Positions 9,511-19,624 of a DNA stretch of 64,000 nucleotides are shown here, in pieces. Position numbers and translations under genes: made by a program. The stretch is from an uncultured delta proteobacterium (GTDB taxonomy: Bacteria; Desulfobacterota; Zymogenia; Zymogenales; Zymogenaceae): NCBI GenBank assembly GCA_963792965.1, contig CAWBYW010000007.1:544001-608000 (forward strand), in the 5' to 3' direction. The notes beneath the pieces were generated by a model. That model searched no databases. It was not told the origin of the DNA and was given only the letters and a program-made list of their open reading frames with translations. Every line of letters starts with the position of its first letter. Position 1 is the first letter of the stretch.

Positions 9511-10422
9511 ATGGGAAATATTGATTTCAAAGGAAAGGTTGCAATCGTGACGGGCGCGGGCGCGGGACTCGGGCGCACGTACGCCCTCGAGCTTGCCAAG
9601 CGCGGCGCAAAGGTCGTCGTGAACGACCTCGGCGGTGCCCGTGACGGCTCCGGCGCGAGCCAGGGCCCGGCACAAGTCGTCGTCGACGAGATCAAGAAAG
9701 CCGGCGGCCAGGCGGCCGCCAACTATGACAACGTCTCCACCATCGAGGGCGGGCAGAAGATCGTCAAGACCGCCGTGGATAACTTCGGGACGGTCGACAT
9801 CGTCATCAACAACGCCGGTATCCTTCGCGACAAGAGCTTTCTCAAGATGGAGCCGGATATCTGGGACGTGGTTATCGCGGTGCACCTGAGAGGCGCCTAC
9901 TGTGTCACCCAGCCGGCCTTCGCCATCATGCGCGAGAAAAACTACGGCCGCGTCGTGCTGACCACCTCTGGCGCAGGGCTTTACGGCAACTTCGGCCAGA
10001 CTAACTACGCTTCGGCGAAGATGGGCCTCTACGGCCTCATGAACGCCCTCAAGATCGAGGGTGCCAAATACAACGTCAAGGTGAACACCATCGCGCCGGT
10101 GGCGGCCTCCCGCCTCACCGAGGACGTCATGCCCCCCGAATTCTTCGAGAAGCTGAAACCCGAGTTCATTACCCCGCTCGTCACCTACCTCGCCTCCGAG
10201 GAATGCCAGGACACCGGCTATGTCTTCAACTGCGGCATGGGCTGGTACAGCAGATCGGCCATCCTCATGGGCAAAGGAGTGATCATCGGAGACGGCAAGC
10301 GGGACATCAAGGCCGAGGAGATCAAGGACAACTGGAAAAAGATCGTGGATCTCGCCGGCGCACGCGAAGTCGGCAGCGTTCAGGAGACGTTCGTCGAGAT
10401 GATGTCAATCGTACAGAAATAG
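9511..10422 (+). CDS. SDR, MFE-2-like hydroxyacyl-CoA dehydrogenase
   Basis: TGAGAGLG, VVVNDLGG, NNAGILRD, GNFGQTNYASAK. Confidence 0.9.
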   Translation: MGNIDFKGKVAIVTGAGAGLGRTYALELAKRGAKVVVNDLGGARDGSGASQGPAQVVVDEIKKAGGQAAANYDNVSTIEGGQKIVKTAVDNFGTVDIVINNAGILRDKSFLKMEPDIWDVVIAVHLRGAYCVTQPAFAIMREKNYGRVVLTTSGAGLYGNFGQTNYASAKMGLYGLMNALKIEGAKYNVKVNTIAPVAASRLTEDVMPPEFFEKLKPEFITPLVTYLASEECQDTGYVFNCGMGWYSRSAILMGKGVIIGDGKRDIKAEEIKDNWKKIVDLAGAREVGSVQETFVEMMSIVQK

Positions 10423-10471
10423 ACATTTTTCCACGCGGGGCGGGGGCTTCCTCCGCCCCTCTTTTTTGGCT

Positions 10472-11119
10472 ATGATCATCGGAGTAATCGCCGACATTCA
10501 CGGAAACTCACCGGCGCTCGTGGCGACACTGCACGAGATGCCCGGAACTGACCTCATCCTGCTGGCCGGGGACATCGCGGGACGCGCCCACGAGCTCGTG
10601 GAAGTCCTCGAGATTATCGACGCGCACGGCATACTATACGTCCAGGGCAACCATGAGGAAACGGCGATCAACTACTACTCTCTTTTCGGGGGAGACTCCC
10701 GGCTCGCCGACGCGGTGCGACGGATACGGGAAACGCCGTACCGCAAAGACCTTGTGCTTGACAAAAGAAAGATCATCCTTGCACACGGAAGCCCGGACAA
10801 CCCCAAAAAAGAATATGTTTATCCCGAATATCCTTACTTTGACCGTTTTTTGGCCCTCGGCTTCGACTTCATTATCCTGGGCCACACCCACGTCCCCATG
10901 GTGGTCGCCAGAGATCACACGACGATTATCAACCCGGGCTCCGTCGGCGAGCCCGAGGCTAAGGATCCCCGCCCAAGCTACGGCTTGATTGACACGGCGC
11001 GCGGGACGGCGGAGGTCCGCTATGTGAGAAATTACGTAGAAAAGAAGAGGCTCCGGTACATCACGCCCTTTCGCTGGGGCCGCTATTCCCTAACGGCCGG
11101 ACCGGGGCTTATCCCCTGA
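10472..11119 (+). CDS. Metallophosphoesterase (YfcE-like)
   Basis: DIHGN, GD, GNHE, HGSP, GHTH, NPGSVG motifs. Confidence 0.88.
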   Translation: MIIGVIADIHGNSPALVATLHEMPGTDLILLAGDIAGRAHELVEVLEIIDAHGILYVQGNHEETAINYYSLFGGDSRLADAVRRIRETPYRKDLVLDKRKIILAHGSPDNPKKEYVYPEYPYFDRFLALGFDFIILGHTHVPMVVARDHTTIINPGSVGEPEAKDPRPSYGLIDTARGTAEVRYVRNYVEKKRLRYITPFRWGRYSLTAGPGLIP

Positions 11120-11185
11120 TACAATAAAGAGGACTATTCAGCTACCATAACCACGCTCTGCATATCATGAGACAGGAGGCCACAC

Positions 11186-12337
11186 ATGTCATTGTTGGAA
11201 CAGATCTATACGGAAGATCATCGGATTTTCCGCGACGCCCTCAAGAAGTACCTCGAGGCAAACGTCACCCCCTACGCCGACGAATGGGAGAAGGCCGGCA
11301 TCACCCCGAAAAAAGCCTGGAAAGACTTCGGGGCCCAGGGGTTCCTCTGCCCCTCGCTCCCGGAACAGTACGGCGGCTCCGGTGTCGGGTTTGAGTACTC
11401 GGTCATTATCCTTGAGGAAATTTCCAGGACCAAGCAGTCGGGTCTGGCGGTATCCCTGCACAGCGACGTAGTGGTCCCCTACATCTCCTCCTTCGCCAAC
11501 GACGAGCAGAAATCCCGGTGGCTCCCCGGATGCGCCAGCGGCGACATCATCACGGCCGTCGCCATGACCGAGCCAAACGCCGGCTCGGACCTGGCCGCCC
11601 TCAGGACAACCGCCGTCAAAGACGGAAAGGACTATATCCTCAACGGTCAGAAGACCTTTATCAGTAACGGGATCAACTGCGACCTCTGCATCGTGGCCGT
11701 CAAGACGGATCCCAAGGCCACCCCTCCGTACGCGGGGATCTCTCTGGTCGTCGTGGAAGACGGGACACCGGGCTTCGTCAAGGGGAAAAGATTCGATAAG
11801 ATCGGCATGAAGAGCCAGGACACCGCCGAGATGTATTTCGAGGACTGCCGGATACCGCGCGAAAACCTCCTCGGAGAGGAAGGCGGCGGCTTCAAGTACC
11901 TGATGCAGAAACTTCAGCAGGAGCGGCTCGTCGCCTCCTGGGGCTCACAGGTCTTAGCCGAGATCGCCCTGGAAGTCACGATCGAATACGCCAAGAGCCG
12001 CGAGGCGTTCGGCAGGCCGATATCCCGTTTCCAGCACAACTCCTTCAAGCTGGCCGAGATGGCCACCGAAGTAGAGCTTGGGAGGACCTTCCTTGAGGCA
12101 TTGACGCTCGATCACATCGCGGGACGCGACGTCGTCAAGAAGGTCTCGATGGCCAAATACTGGGTCTGCGAGATGGCCAACCGCATTGCCCAGCAGGGCG
12201 TCCAGATCCACGGCGGCTATGGCTACATGGAGGAGTACCTTATCGCCCGGCTCTTCAGGGACGTGAGGATCCATACGATATTCGCCGGCACTTCCGAGGT
12301 CATGAAGCTCATCATCTCCCGGATGATGGGCCTGTAA
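11186..12337 (+). CDS. Acyl-CoA dehydrogenase
   Basis: AMTEPNAGSDL, NGQKTFISNG, QIHGGYGYMEEY, IFAGTSE. Confidence 0.95.
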   Translation: MSLLEQIYTEDHRIFRDALKKYLEANVTPYADEWEKAGITPKKAWKDFGAQGFLCPSLPEQYGGSGVGFEYSVIILEEISRTKQSGLAVSLHSDVVVPYISSFANDEQKSRWLPGCASGDIITAVAMTEPNAGSDLAALRTTAVKDGKDYILNGQKTFISNGINCDLCIVAVKTDPKATPPYAGISLVVVEDGTPGFVKGKRFDKIGMKSQDTAEMYFEDCRIPRENLLGEEGGGFKYLMQKLQQERLVASWGSQVLAEIALEVTIEYAKSREAFGRPISRFQHNSFKLAEMATEVELGRTFLEALTLDHIAGRDVVKKVSMAKYWVCEMANRIAQQGVQIHGGYGYMEEYLIARLFRDVRIHTIFAGTSEVMKLIISRMMGL

Positions 12338-12465
12338 AATAGAGGTGATGCGTATCGGGGGGGCGTCGGCCCCCCGATATCCCGTCCTACGCCGTGACGG
12401 TCCGCCGGATTGCTCCACCCTATCGCCTCTCGCTGTGACGAGCAAGTTTCCTACGCCCTTTCCCA

Positions 12466-13254
12466 TTACCCCCGCTCCATGACCTTCATACCGACTTTCA
12501 GCACAAGGCACGTCGGGACAAATTGCATTGACGATACCATGATTTTATTTGCCCACCCGGCCACAACGCTTCTCTTTCCGCGCATGAGCGCGCGGTACCC
12601 GATTTTTGCCACGGTCGCCGGGTCCATGACGCCGCTCTGAAAGAGCTTCACGTCACCCATCCCCGCCCGCTCGGCAAACCTCGTCATGGTGGCCCCGGGG
12701 CAGAGCGTGGTCACGGTGACGCCCGTCCCCTTGAGCTCCTCGGCGATCGCCTCCGAGAAGCTCAACACGTACGCCTTCGTGGCCGCGTAGACCGCGTTTT
12801 TCGGCACCGGGACGAATGACCCCGTGGAGCCGACGTTCATGATCCTGCCCCGGCCACGCCTGATCATCCCCGGCAGCAGCAGCTTTGTCAGCCCCGTCAG
12901 CGAGGCGATGTTGGTCTGGATCATCTCGGTCTCCTTTTCGAGCCTCGTCTCGGAAAAGAGTCCGTACTCGTTGAACCCTGCGTTGTTGACCAACACGTCT
13001 ACCGTGAGACCCTGCTTCTCAACGAGAGCGACGATCTCCGACGCCGATTGGGGACGAGCGAGATCCGAGGAGATGACCTCGACCGGGATCTGGAACATGC
13101 CTTCGATTTCCTTCTTTACCCTGCCCAGGCGTTCTTTGTCTCGCGCTACGATCACGAGCCCGAACCCGTGCTTCGCAAAGACATTTGCCAGCTCGTAGCC
13201 GATGCCGCTGCTCGCGCCGGTGATGAGCGCCGTCTGGCCGTTGTTCCGTGTCAT
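12466..13254 (-). CDS. Short-chain dehydrogenase/reductase
   Basis: TGASSGIG, NNAG, YAATK. Confidence 0.92.
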   Translation of the reverse strand: MTRNNGQTALITGASSGIGYELANVFAKHGFGLVIVARDKERLGRVKKEIEGMFQIPVEVISSDLARPQSASEIVALVEKQGLTVDVLVNNAGFNEYGLFSETRLEKETEMIQTNIASLTGLTKLLLPGMIRRGRGRIMNVGSTGSFVPVPKNAVYAATKAYVLSFSEAIAEELKGTGVTVTTLCPGATMTRFAERAGMGDVKLFQSGVMDPATVAKIGYRALMRGKRSVVAGWANKIMVSSMQFVPTCLVLKVGMKVMERG

Positions 13255-13286
13255 TATAAGTTCCTCCTTCTCATTGGTTTATTACT

Positions 13287-13306
13287 ATAGTTTCACAACT
13301 ATCGAA
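13287..13306. promoter_or_regulatory. Putative ArsR operator (copy 2)
   Basis: ATAGTT-TCAC-AACTAT-CGAA palindrome upstream of the SDR gene. Confidence 0.6.
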
Positions 13307-13324
13307 CATTTATCTCAAAAAAAA

Positions 13325-13654
13325 TCACTTCTTTCCCTTCCCGATCGCCATCACCTCGCCGACCTTTTCCAGCATCTCCGGATTGACGTTCGCGACAAGA
13401 TATTTCCCCCGCCGCTCGGTCGTGATGAGCCCCGCGTCCTCCAGCTCCTTGAGGTGGTGGGAGATCGTCGGCGCGCCGATTTTCAGCGAGTCGATGATGA
13501 GGTCCGTAACGTAGCAGACATCCCCCGACGCGAAGCGCTCCTGGCACTTCTCGGCGATCTTCAGGTAGAGGCTGAGACGGTTGGGGTTGGACAGCGCCTT
13601 GAAGACGCGCGCCATCTTCTTTTCGTCGATTGTCTCGGACATCACCATACCCAC
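13325..13654 (-). CDS. ArsR/SmtB family regulator
   Basis: FKALSNPNRL...PTISHHLKELEDAGLI. Confidence 0.92.
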   Translation of the reverse strand: MGMVMSETIDEKKMARVFKALSNPNRLSLYLKIAEKCQERFASGDVCYVTDLIIDSLKIGAPTISHHLKELEDAGLITTERRGKYLVANVNPEMLEKVGEVMAIGKGKK

Positions 13655-13727
13655 TATTCCCTTACCCCCTCACGATTACCCGTTGCCTGACGCCTCGATG
13701 ACAGGGGACGAACGGACTAACCATACC

Positions 13728-13776
13728 ATAGTTGCATAACTATCGAAATGATAGCTTACGAAATGCAGCCTGTCAA
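13728..13776 (-). promoter_or_regulatory. arsR promoter with operator (copy 1)
   Basis: Minus-strand TTGACA-17 nt-TATCAT followed directly by the ATAGTT-GCAT-AACTAT palindrome. Confidence 0.65.
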
Positions 13777-13891
13777 GTAATTTTTTGATTACTCATCTTT
13801 TTTGTTGGTTCGATGCCGCAGGAGCCCCGTAATTGCTCTGATCTCACCGAACCGAAGAACCGGGTATGACCTCTCTCAAACCGGTCCTTCC

Positions 13892-14710
13892 CTACTCATC
13901 CTTGAACTCCGGCTCCCGCTTGCCCAGGAACGCCCCGATCCCCTCGACGCACTCGCCGCACTCGATGAGGCAGATCGCCCTCTCCGACTCAAATTGAAGG
14001 GCCTCCTTCATCGCGACGTCCGGCGTCTCCCGGATAACCCTGAGCGCCTCCCGCACCGCCCGGGGGCCGTTCTTCGCGATCATCTCGGCCGTGGCAAGCG
14101 ATTCCGCAAGCGACTCGTTCCTCTCGCTCACCGCGTTGATGAGGCCTATCGCAAACGCCTCGTCGGCCAAAACCTTCCTCCCGGTAAGGATCAGCTCGGC
14201 CGCGCGGGACGGCCCCACGAGGCGGGTCAGCGCCACCCCTCCCCCCCAATCGGGCATGAGGCCGAGCCTCACCTCCGAAAACGAGATAACCGCGTCGGGG
14301 TCCATGAATCTCATGTCGCACCGGACGGCAAGCTCCGCCCCGCCGCCGTATGCGATCCCGTTGACGGCCGCGATGATGGGGACGGGCAGCGCCATAAGTC
14401 GGTCGACTCCTCCTCTGATGCCATGGATCAGCTCCTCGATGGGCCGCCGGTCCTTATCGTTCAGGGCGGTGACGAGACGCGATACCTGGGGATTGGTGGG
14501 GCTGACGTCAAACCCCGCCGAGAAGGACTCTCCCGCTCCGGTGACCACGATCACCCGCGGGAGTTTCTTCGTAAGACGTCCGACCGCATCATCAAGCCCC
14601 CGCCACATCGACTCGTCAAAGGCATTCTTTTTCGAGGCGCGATCAAGCCGGATGACGGCGATATGATCCTTCGGTTTTAGGTACTCGACGCGCACACCGT
14701 AGTCGGACAT
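13892..14710 (-). CDS. Enoyl-CoA hydratase/isomerase (crotonase family)
   Basis: FSAGFDV, AAVNGIAYGGGAELA, SEVRLGLMPDWGG. Confidence 0.92.
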   Translation of the reverse strand: MSDYGVRVEYLKPKDHIAVIRLDRASKKNAFDESMWRGLDDAVGRLTKKLPRVIVVTGAGESFSAGFDVSPTNPQVSRLVTALNDKDRRPIEELIHGIRGGVDRLMALPVPIIAAVNGIAYGGGAELAVRCDMRFMDPDAVISFSEVRLGLMPDWGGGVALTRLVGPSRAAELILTGRKVLADEAFAIGLINAVSERNESLAESLATAEMIAKNGPRAVREALRVIRETPDVAMKEALQFESERAICLIECGECVEGIGAFLGKREPEFKDE

Positions 14711-14737
14711 CACGAGTCCCCCCTGTCTCATAGAGCA

Positions 14738-15508
14738 TCAGAGCTCGCCGAAAAAATCTATGATTGTCTTGGCTACTTTATCTCTTTCCACGTCCCACGT
14801 CAGGATATGGTACGACTCGGAAAACCACTCGATGCGTTTGACAGGAGAGCTCACCTTTCTCAAGATGAGGGCGGGGTTATCAGCCGGGATGACGTGATCG
14901 TTCTTGGACTGCATGACGATCAGCGGGGCCTTCACCTTGCCGAGGCTCTTCTCGGTCATCCTCATGAACCGGATCAGCTGCAGTCCCGCCCGGACGGGGC
15001 CGTGGCTATAGGTGACGAGCTTTCCCTTCATGGCGGGGTCTTTGATATCGGGCCCGCTCTTTTTTTTCGCCGCGGGGAGGAGCCGAAGCCCCGGGATAAA
15101 CGAGATCAGGGCGGCGCAATAGCGGATGAGCGGGCTGTGAAACCTGATGGGGACCGAAAGGACGGCGGCCCCGGCGGCATTGTAGCCTTCGGAGAGGAGA
15201 AAGAGCGCGATCGTGCCGCCCGCGCTCATCCCGACGACGAAGACCTTCGGGTAGACCGCCGCCAGCGATTCAAACGAGGCCGCCGCCTCACGATGCCAGT
15301 CGACCCAGCCGGTTCGGTCCAGGTCTCTTACGCTCGTGCCGTGCCCGGGGAGCCGTGGGGCGAAGACCGTGTACCCCGCCTCGTTGAGCTTCGTGCCGAG
15401 ATAGCGCATCTCAAACGGTGAGGCCGTAAAGCCGTGCAACAGCAGGCAGGCCCGCATCCCCCCGTCGAGGAAGAAGGGCTCGGCGCCCGGTATAATCGCC
15501 TCGGTCAT
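14738..15508 (-). CDS. Alpha/beta-fold carboxylesterase
   Basis: LLHGFTASP, GMSAGG nucleophile elbow, DHVI, SYH. Confidence 0.9.
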   Translation of the reverse strand: MTEAIIPGAEPFFLDGGMRACLLLHGFTASPFEMRYLGTKLNEAGYTVFAPRLPGHGTSVRDLDRTGWVDWHREAAASFESLAAVYPKVFVVGMSAGGTIALFLLSEGYNAAGAAVLSVPIRFHSPLIRYCAALISFIPGLRLLPAAKKKSGPDIKDPAMKGKLVTYSHGPVRAGLQLIRFMRMTEKSLGKVKAPLIVMQSKNDHVIPADNPALILRKVSSPVKRIEWFSESYHILTWDVERDKVAKTIIDFFGEL

Positions 15509-15518
15509 TGATACATCC

Positions 15519-16490
15519 TCAGCTCAGCTCGACCGGGATTTGACAGGCCGCGCCGCTCTCGTCCGTGACGATCTGGATGGTCGATTCTATGACGTGGTAT
15601 TTCAGAGAGAGCTGACGGTTTATGTGGCGAAGAAGTGCCATGGGGTTCTTTACTCCGTCGTTGATCCCGATGTGGGCCGAAAAGACCAGCATATCCGGCG
15701 TGATCGCCCAGAGGTGCGCGCTGTATATCCCGGCGATCTCCGGGAATGAGCTCATGAGGTCGGTGGCGATGGTGTCACTGTCGAACCCGCCGTCTCCCGG
15801 CGCCATCTCCATGAGGATCTTTCCCGAATCCCTGAGGACGCCCCAGGCCCAATAAAGGATCGCGATCGAAATCCCGATGCTCACGATCGGGTCAATGATT
15901 GTCCAGCCGAAGTAGTAGATCACCACCGCGGCCCCGACGACCCCCACCGATGAGGCAGCGTCGGCCATGAGATGATAGAAGACTCCCTTGACGTTGAGGT
16001 CGTGTTTGTGGCTCCCCTTGAGGATGAAGATCCCGGCCACGTTGGCAATGAGCCCCACCATAGCCACCACGAACATCTCAAACCCGAAGACCTCCCGGGG
16101 CGTTATGATGCGGAGCACCGACTCCCAGACGATGACCGCAGAAACCAGAACGAGAAAAATCCCGTTGACGAACGACGCGAGGATCTCGGCCCGGTAGAGC
16201 CCGAATGTCCGGTGGTGGCAGGGGGGCTTGCGGGCGATGGATATCGCGGCAAGCCCGATGATGATCGCAAAACAGTGGGTGAACATGTGGCCGGCGTCCG
16301 AGATCAGCGCGATGCTTCCCGAAAAGAGACCACCGGCGATCTCCACGATCATAAAGATCGAGGTGACGATAAGCGATATGATCAGCTTTTTTCTTTCTAC
16401 CTTGCGGTATTCGAAGAGGCGCTCGGAAAATGCGCCTCTGTGGTCATGATAGGCATGGTTATGACCATCCTCATCGTAGTGTTCCATCAC
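15519..16490 (-). CDS. Cation diffusion facilitator (CzcD-like metal efflux)
   Basis: His-rich N-terminus, SDAGHM, HLMAD, HLW, ESTIQ. Confidence 0.9.
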   Translation of the reverse strand: MMEHYDEDGHNHAYHDHRGAFSERLFEYRKVERKKLIISLIVTSIFMIVEIAGGLFSGSIALISDAGHMFTHCFAIIIGLAAISIARKPPCHHRTFGLYRAEILASFVNGIFLVLVSAVIVWESVLRIITPREVFGFEMFVVAMVGLIANVAGIFILKGSHKHDLNVKGVFYHLMADAASSVGVVGAAVVIYYFGWTIIDPIVSIGISIAILYWAWGVLRDSGKILMEMAPGDGGFDSDTIATDLMSSFPEIAGIYSAHLWAITPDMLVFSAHIGINDGVKNPMALLRHINRQLSLKYHVIESTIQIVTDESGAACQIPVELS

Positions 16491-16617
16491 TCTTGTCGGA
16501 CTCCTTATAGAATAGGATACTCACGCTTTTTCTTTTAGTATAGCATCCGGGCGCAAAAAAAGCCATAGGGTTTTGACCAACCACGCATTGCGGGCCGTGC
16601 CGGGCGGGCGCCTGGTA

Positions 16618-16995
16618 TCAATAGCCGAGATCGAGCTTCGATATCGGTACGCCTCCCCCTGCTGCCCAGTTGTTCCTCTCGGATTCGACGATGACGAACA
16701 GGATGTCACGTTCGGGAACTCCCGTGCGCTCGTGGATAATCCCGTTGAGTCTTTTGAAAAGATTTTCTTTCATCTCATCGGTCCTTCCCGAAAACATGAG
16801 GATCTCTACGAAGACGAAATCGCGACTTCGGCTTTCGTGCGTCGCTCGGAAGAAAATATCGGATTCATAGAGGATCACGTGGCCATGATCCGGTTTGATT
16901 CCGAGTGTCTCCACGAGGGCAAGCCGGACCTCCTTTACCAGCATTCCCCGGCGGAACACGTTGCGGGACGAGACATGGAGCTTTACCAGCGGCAT
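16618..16995 (-). CDS. Tautomerase family protein
   Basis: N-terminal MP, GRTDEMK, NWAAGG. Confidence 0.8.
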   Translation of the reverse strand: MPLVKLHVSSRNVFRRGMLVKEVRLALVETLGIKPDHGHVILYESDIFFRATHESRSRDFVFVEILMFSGRTDEMKENLFKRLNGIIHERTGVPERDILFVIVESERNNWAAGGGVPISKLDLGY

Positions 16996-17114
16996 ATCGT
17001 ACTCCTTGCTTATTGTTGATCATCGCTCTCGTCTATAAGACACCGTATCTACCCACCGGTTGCGCCGGATACGGGCAATATGATATACTTTCCGTCATCG
17101 GTAGAGGAGAAGAG

Positions 17115-17837
17115 ATGAAAAAAACGGCGATCATATGCGTGCTTTTCGTCGTCTTTCTGTTTATTCTTCATAGTGCCGCCCATGCCGCGTCCGCCCGCGA
17201 TCTCAACACCGAGGGATATGAGCTTTACAAGGCGGGAAAATATCCCGAGGCGCTCGCCCTTTTTAAACGCTCCGTGGCCGCCGACCCCGACTACGCGCTG
17301 GCCCACTACAACCTCGCCTGCACACTCGGCGTCCTCAGGAAGCGCGGGCCCGAGGCGATCTGCCGGTACGATGCATACAAGTCAGCCATCCTCGATCACC
17401 TCGAGGCGGCCCTACGCCTTGATCCCGACACGCTCACGAAGGTGTCCGGCGATCCCGACCTCGACCCTGTCCGAGACACCTTCCGCTACCTGAGGATCGT
17501 GGGCGTCAGCCCGGACGATGAGGACGATATCAGGACGATCCTGGTCCACGTCACGTGGTATGGCCCCGCGATAGGCGCCTTCGGGGCGGGGGCGGGCCTC
17601 TCCTTTCACGATGACGGCACGCTTGTGCTTTGGACGATCGATACGACCGGCGAGTCGGTAAAACGCGTGGACCTCGCCGGGAGCTTTTTGATTTCAGGAA
17701 ATCAGGTGACGGTCACGCTGGAAAAACCGCTGGGCGACGCGACGGTCTTCAAGGGGATCCTCATGCCCGGAGGGACGCTGGACATCCCGGGTCTCCCCGG
17801 CCCTTTCACCGACGATCCCCACGACTGCGAAGCGTAA
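17115..17837 (+). CDS. Secreted TPR-containing protein
   Basis: RBS GAGGAG, signal peptide ending AHA-A, TPR LNTEGYELYKAGKY...AHYNLAC, DPDLD. Confidence 0.75.
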   Translation: MKKTAIICVLFVVFLFILHSAAHAASARDLNTEGYELYKAGKYPEALALFKRSVAADPDYALAHYNLACTLGVLRKRGPEAICRYDAYKSAILDHLEAALRLDPDTLTKVSGDPDLDPVRDTFRYLRIVGVSPDDEDDIRTILVHVTWYGPAIGAFGAGAGLSFHDDGTLVLWTIDTTGESVKRVDLAGSFLISGNQVTVTLEKPLGDATVFKGILMPGGTLDIPGLPGPFTDDPHDCEA

Positions 17838-17853
17838 CGACACCGCAAGAAAG

Positions 17854-18339
17854 CTATTTCATCAGCGTCTCAAGGGAGAGGTCCTTATAGTAGATCGCCT
17901 CGGTGATCCCATCACTCCTCGTGATCGACTCCATGTATGTCCACCCCTCTTTCTCGTAGAGGCCCGCAGCGGTGTGGGTGAAGAGATAGAGGCGCCCTAC
18001 CCCCGCATTATACGCGCTTCTCTCTCCCGCCCGGAGGAGCTGACGACCGATATCCCGTCCGCGGTAATCTCCCAGGACGTAGAGGGAAGCGAGCCACGGG
18101 TTGAGATCGGGCCGCTCGGTCAGGTCGTTCAGTTTGATCGTCACGCTTCCCACCGGCATCGTGTCTTCTATGGCGATCAGGGTAGAGGGGACCTTATCGA
18201 TCTGCATGCGCTCCCCGTAACGGGCGATGATCTCGTCAAACGGCTGCTTTCCGACGTGCCACTCCCGGTAGTTCCAGAAGGCGATGATCGGCAGGTAGTG
18301 CGGAAAGTCGGCGAGGTAGTGAATCGAGGCCATTGGCAT
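17854..18339 (-). CDS. GNAT family acetyltransferase
   Basis: PWLASLYV..YRGRDIG, LYLFT, LYEKEGW. Confidence 0.88.
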   Translation of the reverse strand: MPMASIHYLADFPHYLPIIAFWNYREWHVGKQPFDEIIARYGERMQIDKVPSTLIAIEDTMPVGSVTIKLNDLTERPDLNPWLASLYVLGDYRGRDIGRQLLRAGERSAYNAGVGRLYLFTHTAAGLYEKEGWTYMESITRSDGITEAIYYKDLSLETLMK

Positions 18340-18529
18340 GGTTCCTTTCCTTTGTGGCGAGACGATTATAGCAGACGCGCTGCCGTTTCAAAAGGAAATA
18401 GTCGCCACGCACAACCGATGACGGAATGTGCGCATGGACCGCGGTGTCCGCGCCGGCCACAAAATCCTTGATATTTTGATGAGGTCCCGCTATAGTTTTA
18501 GTACTGAAAACCCGAATAAGGTCTCGTTG

Positions 18530-19535
18530 ATGACCATGCCGAACCATACGCGTGTTTCCCTTCTTGCGATCTTTCTTTTATCGCTTATGCTGTTTACGCT
18601 GTGTGGCTCGGCGTTCGCCCTCGACGGAAGAAAGGCCCGGGTACGCCCCCGGACGGCGCTGGTGGGCGTCTTCGTGTCGTCGCTCTACGACCTGAGCCTC
18701 GTCGAAAAATCTTACAACGCCGAGTTCTGGGTTTGGTTCGTCTTTCCCAAGGGGGAGCTGACCGGCTATCTGCCCGAGAAAACGACCGACATCGTCAACG
18801 CGAAGTCCTTTACGCGTGAGTTTTCCTTCGACGAGATAAAGGACGGGTCCCGGTGGGTCTCGGTCAAGTACGATGCGGTCATAATCCACAATTGGGATCT
18901 TTCCGATTTTCCCTTCGACAAGCAGATATCTTACGATCGATATCGAGGAATCCGATCTCGACGCAAAGAAGCTCGCATTTATCCCCGACAGGAACAATTC
19001 AAACGTCGATTCGTCGATAGAGCTCCCCGGGTGGAAGATTGCCGGTTTTCCAATCGCGTCCCGGATCCGCATCGACAAGACAACCTACGGCGATCCGAGC
19101 TTATCTGCCATGAGCGCCTATCCGCAAACCATCGTCACGATCACCCTCAAACGGCATGCCATGCGCCTCCTCTTCAACCTGCTCACGCCCGCTTATATCG
19201 CGTTTATCCTCGGCATTCTGGTGCTCTTTCTGCACCCCGAATACGTGGATTCGCGTAAGGTCCTTATCACGAGCGCCATGATCACGATCATCGGTAATCA
19301 CTTCGCCATCAGCGCCGCGCTTCCGGCCGTCCCGACGTTTACCCTGATCGATAAGGTCATGATTGCGACGTTTTCCGCGATCTGCCTGGTCGCCGTCGTC
19401 AGCGTGACTACGTCACACTACGTGCGGACCGATCGGTCTGAAACCGCCGTCACCATAGACAGATTCGGGCGATGGATCATCATCGCCCTCTACCTTGTGG
19501 CTAACGCATTCTTCTTTGCCCGGGTCCTCTGGTAG
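18530..19535 (+). CDS. Prokaryotic pentameric ligand-gated ion channel (ELIC/GLIC-like), one indel near 18927
   Basis: Signal peptide, VGVFVSSLYD..AEFWVW, Pro-loop DLSDFPFDKQ; after the shift: LPGW, ITLKR, four TM helices with LP.VP.FTLID. Confidence 0.85.
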
Positions 19536-19624
19536 CCGCGTCCCGCAACGTCGCGCGCTCTTCGTGGCGTCGGCAGGATGCTCCCCACAGTGACAGGGAA
19601 GACTAGCGCCCCACCTTCGCCGCG

